Shown: piece by piece, positions 63,453 to 64,000 of the stretch
How positions within the stretch are numbered: position 1 is the first letter of the stretch
Layout of the letters: the number at the start of each line of letters is the position of its first letter
Assembly: GCA_030754235.1 (NCBI GenBank)
Contig: JASMAS010000074.1
Coordinates: 2,657 to 66,656 of the forward strand
Source of the DNA: Litorilituus sp.
GTDB lineage: Bacteria > Pseudomonadota > Gammaproteobacteria > Enterobacterales > Alteromonadaceae
Direction of reading: 5' to 3'
Length of the DNA: 64,000 nucleotides
Notes under the pieces: generated by a model
What the model saw: only the letters and a program-made list of their open reading frames with translations
Databases searched by the model: none
What the model was told of the DNA's origin: nothing
Translations under genes and position numbers: made by a program

Positions 63453-63472
63453 TACTGTATACTTATACAGTG
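63453..63472. promoter_or_regulatory. LexA (SOS) box
   Basis: TACTGTATACTTATACAGTG matches the gammaproteobacterial CTGT-N8-ACAG consensus. It lies about 40 nt upstream of the sulA start. Confidence 0.85.
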
Positions 63473-63509
63473 TGTCTATTTATTTGACTACAATAAAAGG
63501 TGAACAATC

Positions 63510-63950
63510 ATGCTTAACACAAAAGCTAACAATATCAATACGATAAAAAATATCGGAGATGATTTTCACAGTAAAGAAAATTGGTTACAGCAGGCACAGG
63601 TTCATAATAGCTCAGAATTATCAAACCAATATGCTTATATTTGCCAGCAGCACAAACAAGATAAGAAATGGGTATTATTTATTAATCCTGAAGAGAGTTC
63701 TATTGAACAATTAGCGAAAACACATGGTATTGATGTATCAAAAATCCTGATGGTGAATTATAAAAATCAAACAAAAACACGTAATAAAATAGCCTTAACG
63801 CAAATAACAACGGTATTAAGTAAAGGCAATTGCTCTGCTGTTATTTTATCTAATGCAGAATTCACTCATAAAGAAGTTAAGCAATTAGCCCAGGCGGCTA
63901 ATTTCGGTAGAACGCAATGTGTAGTGATAAAAAAGCAATTACTGCATTAA
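63510..63950 (+). CDS. sulA: SOS cell-division inhibitor SulA
   Basis: 146 aa. KWVLFINPEES...GIDVSKILMV...SKGNCSAVILSN...EVKQLAQAANFGRTQCVVI parallels E. coli SulA (RWQLWLTPQQ...GLPLTKVMQI...RTGNYSVVIGWL...ELVDAANEGNAMGFIM). It is preceded by a LexA box. Confidence 0.8.
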   Translation: MLNTKANNINTIKNIGDDFHSKENWLQQAQVHNSSELSNQYAYICQQHKQDKKWVLFINPEESSIEQLAKTHGIDVSKILMVNYKNQTKTRNKIALTQITTVLSKGNCSAVILSNAEFTHKEVKQLAQAANFGRTQCVVIKKQLLH

Positions 63951-64000
63951 TGATGTGTATAAAGTGATAGGTACTCAGTAAGAACCCCTGTACCTATCTT

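Overview
This window is an AT-rich chromosomal core region of a marine gammaproteobacterium. Gene content and synteny look Alteromonadales, Colwellia/Thalassotalea-like, but that is inference only. I can support about 55 protein-coding genes, 5 tRNAs and 1 tRNA remnant.

Gene content in order:
- fadJ-fadI
- A six-gene MoxR/Bat-type operon (MoxR ATPase, DUF58, DUF4381, BatA, BatB-TPR, BatD), followed by an ECF sigma / anti-sigma pair
- selO, putP, an EAL-HDOD protein and galE
- A sulfate-activation cluster: cysD, cysN, an SLC13 permease, cysC and a DHH phosphoesterase
- comEA, mfd and a csiV-like gene
- rlmM, a ygdD-like gene, a hydrolase and gcvA
- kdsA, a DUF819 gene, sirB1, sirB2, prmC, prfA and hemA
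- lolB, ispE, prs, rplY, pth and ychF
- A tRNA Met-Leu-Gln-Leu operon
- Leucine dehydrogenase and purC
- rplT, rpmI, infC and thrS
- An FAD oxidoreductase, a fructosamine kinase, a CPXCG protein, norM and tRNA-Val
- rlmF, an orphan substrate-binding protein, a thioesterase, an OsmC protein and an SOS-boxed sulA

I see no IS elements, integrases, phage genes, CRISPR arrays or recognisable defence or toxin modules. I cannot honestly point to a convincing undescribed multi-gene system here.

The items most worth a second look are regulatory or architectural:
- The thrS leader has two hairpins that display threonine anticodons.
- infC has an in-frame ATG two codons upstream of the conserved non-canonical initiator position.
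- The EAL-HDOD protein has substitutions at three of the conserved EAL active-site (mostly metal-ligand) positions.
- The cys cluster embeds a DASS/SLC13 permease and a DHH/DHHA1 phosphoesterase, a candidate pAp phosphatase.
- The BatB-TPR fusion carries a very long Q/E/K-rich tail.
- A scrambled tRNA-Leu remnant follows the tRNA operon.
- An ORF-poor 0.5 kb segment at the left edge contains a 35-codon ORF with a good ribosome-binding site.

All family assignments come from reading the translations and from memory of the families. No database search was run.
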